Shown: positions 61,056 to 64,000 of the stretch, piece by piece
Layout: each line of letters opens with the position of its first letter
Position numbering within the stretch: position 1 is the first letter of the stretch
Notes under the pieces: generated by a model
The model's input: the letters and a program-made list of their open reading frames with translations, nothing else
Databases searched by the model: none
Told to the model about the DNA's origin: nothing
Assembly: GCF_004010195.1 (NCBI RefSeq)
Contig: NC_057711.1
Span: 69,773,321-69,837,320, forward strand
DNA: 64,000 nucleotides
Direction of reading: 5' to 3'
Origin: Chiloscyllium plagiosum
Lineage: Eukaryota
Made by a program: the position numbers and the translations under genes

Positions 61056-61242
61056 CCGTGTCTGCGTGGGTTTCCTCCGGGTGCTCCGGTTTCCTCCCAC
61101 AGTCCAAAGATGTGCAGGTCAGGTGAATTGGCCATGCTAAAATTGCCCATAGTGTTAGGTAAGGTGTAAATGTAGGGGCGGTGTGGACTTGTTGGGCCGA
61201 AGGGCCTGTTTCCACACTGTAAGTAATCTAATCTAATCTAAT
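61056..61242 (+). mobile_element. 5'-truncated HE1-type V-SINE
   Basis: V-domain, tail and (TAATC)n. Confidence 0.85.
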
Positions 61243-62084
61243 TACAAGAGGAAATAAACTAGAATACAAGTTCAAAATGGTTACTTTTTGAGTGGTTTTA
61301 ATCCTGTGGGTTAGGATAAATGAGGAAGGCAGCAGAAGCAACTATTTAGATGGGCTATCTCTTATGAGCATGAACTTCTTGCACATGGAATGGAAATGAT
61401 GCTGGAAGAAGGTGACGGTGTTTAAGAAGATAATGTGCAGTAAAAAAAACGAAGCTGATTATTATTTTTACATGCCAGAGTGGTACTGGAATAATGAGCA
61501 ATTTTCTCAGACAAAGGTGGTCCAGTTGAATATGATCGTGAATGAGCATTGAAAATGTGATTGAGCACATGCTTGTCCAGTTCAGTCACTATTGAAATAC
61601 TGCAGTGAATGGAGAGCCCAAAGGCTAGGCAGCTGAGCTTTTGAAAGTTAATTGGGCAATTGCATATCATTCCATTCATGGTAAAGCTGGGGTAAATTTG
61701 GGGTCTTTCAAGTGGGATGTGGATGGAGAATAATACACGGATGTGATCTGAAATAGTTATCCATGATTGGTAAAATGGGAATTATGAGACCAGATGAAAT
61801 GGTCAACAGTGTGTCTGTAAATGGGTTGGGGAATTTATGTGGAGGGAATGATTTGGAGAAGATGAAAGGGAAGTAAGTGTAATTAGTTGGAAGTTAAAAT
61901 CAGAGAGGAGGCAAATTTGTTTGATGTAAATATTGAAGGAGGAAAACAGTAAAAGGGGTATTTTGTATGAGAAGCAAGACTAGGTGGAACAGGATGAAAT
62001 GCTCAAAGGAGGAGAAAATGCAGGAAAAGTCCGGGGTCAGGCTAAGGAGTAAGAACAAAGAACAAAAAAACAATACAGCCAGAC

Positions 62085-62596
62085 TGTGAAGGCTCCATTG
62101 TCTGCTTTATCTTTTGATTCAGTTAGCTCTGCAAGGCAGGAATGCAGCTTTTAGCAGGGTGAGAAGCCATTTTTAATTTGCAGCCTGAAGCCATTTTGTT
62201 ATGTTACTTTGCATTGAGAAGCCATTTTGTGGTTAATAAAAGCATGCATAAAATTGGTTAATCCTGACAACGGTCTAATTCCAGATTTTAGATCCTCAGA
62301 AGCAGAACAATAGCAGTTTTCAAGATACCTCTGGACAAATAAATGAATAGAAAGGGAATAGAGGGATACAGATCCTGTAAGTGAAGACAGTTTTAGTATG
62401 GAAGGGCAAAATATGTCGGTGCGGGCCTGGAGGGCCGAAGGGTGTGTTCCTGCGCTGTATTTTTTTTTTGTTCTTTGTTCTTGCTCCTTAGCCGTCATAA
62501 TAAACTGTGAAATCTTGCTGAAGCAGACTGCATTCATGTTGATTATTTGACCGATTGCAGAACCGAGAGACCCCTGTGCGGGTCGAGATCTTCACA
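62085..62596 (+). mobile_element. Possible solo LTR containing an inverted CR1 3' end (~62310-62493)
   Basis: Ends TGTGAAG...CTTCACA (7-bp terminal inverted repeat, TG..CA); AATAAA at ~62498; repeated GCCATTTT; no clear TSD. Confidence 0.4.
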
Positions 62597-62654
62597 AGGT
62601 GCCGTGACTCTGATTTGGTACGGACTGATTATGGGCATTGATGTAAGAGCTTTG

Positions 62655-63990
62655 AGTCCTACTTCCACCACCACCTCTGGCAATGATCTCCAGTTACTCA
62701 CCACCCTTTTGGTGTGAAAAACTTGCCTCACACATCTCTTTTAAACACTCCTCCCCCCCCCCCCCCCCCCGCACCTTGAACCTGTGTACCCTAGTAACTG
62801 ACCCTTCCAACCTGGGGAAAAGCTTCATACTTTCCATTCTATCCATGCCATTCACAATCATATAAACTTCTTTCAGATTGCCCCTCAACCTCCTGCTTGC
62901 AGTGTAAACAAACCCAGTCTATCCAACCTTTCTTCATAGCTAAACTCCCCCTTACCAGGCCACATCCTCTTAAACTTTTCTGTACCCTCTCCAAAGTATC
63001 CTTCTGGTGTGGTGACCAGAATTGTATGCAATATTCCAAGTGTGGCCTAACTAAAGTTCTATAAGCTGCAGCATAACTTGTTAATCCTTGTACTCTATGT
63101 CCCTTCCAATGAAGGCAAGCATGTTATAAAACTTTTTTACTACCTTATCTACCTGCACTGCCATCTTCAGTAATTTGTGGACCTGCACACCCAGATCCCT
63201 CTGCGTATCAATATTCCTAAGGATTCTGCCATTCATTGTATAATTTCCACCTGTAATTGACCTTCCAAATTGCATCACCTCACATTTGTCAGGATTAAAT
63301 CTGTCAGCCATTTTACTGCCCATGCCTCCAACTGTATCCTGCTGTATTCTCTGATAATCCTCCTCACTATCCACATCTCCACCAATTTTCGTATCATCTG
63401 CAGATTTACTAATTAGACCAGCTACATTTTCCTCCAAATCATTTATGTAGATTATGAACAGCAGAGGTCCCAGCACTGATCCCTGTGGATCATCACAAGT
63501 CAAAGCTCTCCATTCCAAAAAATGTTCTTCCACTGCTACCCTCTGTCTCCTATGACTAAGCCAGTTCTGTATCCATCTTGCCACCTCACCATGTGACTTC
63601 ACCTTTTTTGTACCAGTCATCCATGAGACACCTTGTCAAAGGCTTTCCTGAAATCCATGGAGACAACATCAATCACTTTTTCCTCATCAACTATCTTTGG
63701 CACCACCTCAAAATACTCAATCAAGTTAGTGAGGCACAACCTCCCTCGCACAAAACCATGCTCTGTATTGCTATTTCTAAATGAATATAGATCTTATCCT
63801 TTGGAATGGTTTCCACTAATTTCCCCACCGCCGATGTAAGGCTCACAGGCCTGTAAATTCCAGGATTATCCTTGCTACCCTTAAACAATGGGACAACATT
63901 GGCTATTCTCCAGACCTCTGGGACCTTACCTGTGGCCAAAGAGGATACAAAAATGGCTGTCAAATCTCCATCAATTTGTTCTCTTCCCCC
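62655..63990 (-). mobile_element. CR1 LINE ORF2 RT fragment
   Basis: ORFs WRIANVVPLFKG..YRPVSLTS and PQGSVLGPLLFIIYINDL..ADDTKIGG. Confidence 0.9.
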
Positions 63991-64000
63991 GCCCCCCCCC

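Larger units (their letters stand above)
5570..64000 (+). other. SNX24: Probable SNX24 intron 1 (>58 kb, continues past the window)
   Basis: Donor at 5570; no sequence coding the expected next exon (VFKIEVLMNGRKHFVEKRYSEF-like) found by eye. Confidence 0.65.

Overview
Eukaryotic, repeat-dense DNA from a cartilaginous fish, most likely a shark (inferred from HE1-type V-SINEs, HER1/CR1 LINE 3' ends and SacSINE/Deu-type SINE remnants). The only host gene I can support is the CpG/E-box-rich promoter and first coding exon of SNX24 (+, 5498-5569, MHHMIEVAIPSFRYEESDLERGYT|gtaagg). I found no exon 2 by eye, so the remaining ~58 kb is probably intron 1. Most of the supplied ORFs are LINE or Penelope debris. 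The most interesting signal is RNA-structural: termini of at least three Penelope-like element (PLE) families carry minimal type-I hammerhead ribozyme motifs (CUGANGA+1 nt - stem II - GAAA - 4-nt palindrome - UH) with covarying stems. These termini recur as short modules flanked by 10-15 bp target-site duplications (TSDs), often as head-to-head palindromes. One module has captured a tRNA-Lys(UUU) 5' half. One larger PLE sits in a ~3.6 kb inverted-repeat structure that duplicated host DNA and shows a sharp identity step. All repeat boundaries were set by eye and are approximate; family names come from recall of consensus sequences, not from database searches.
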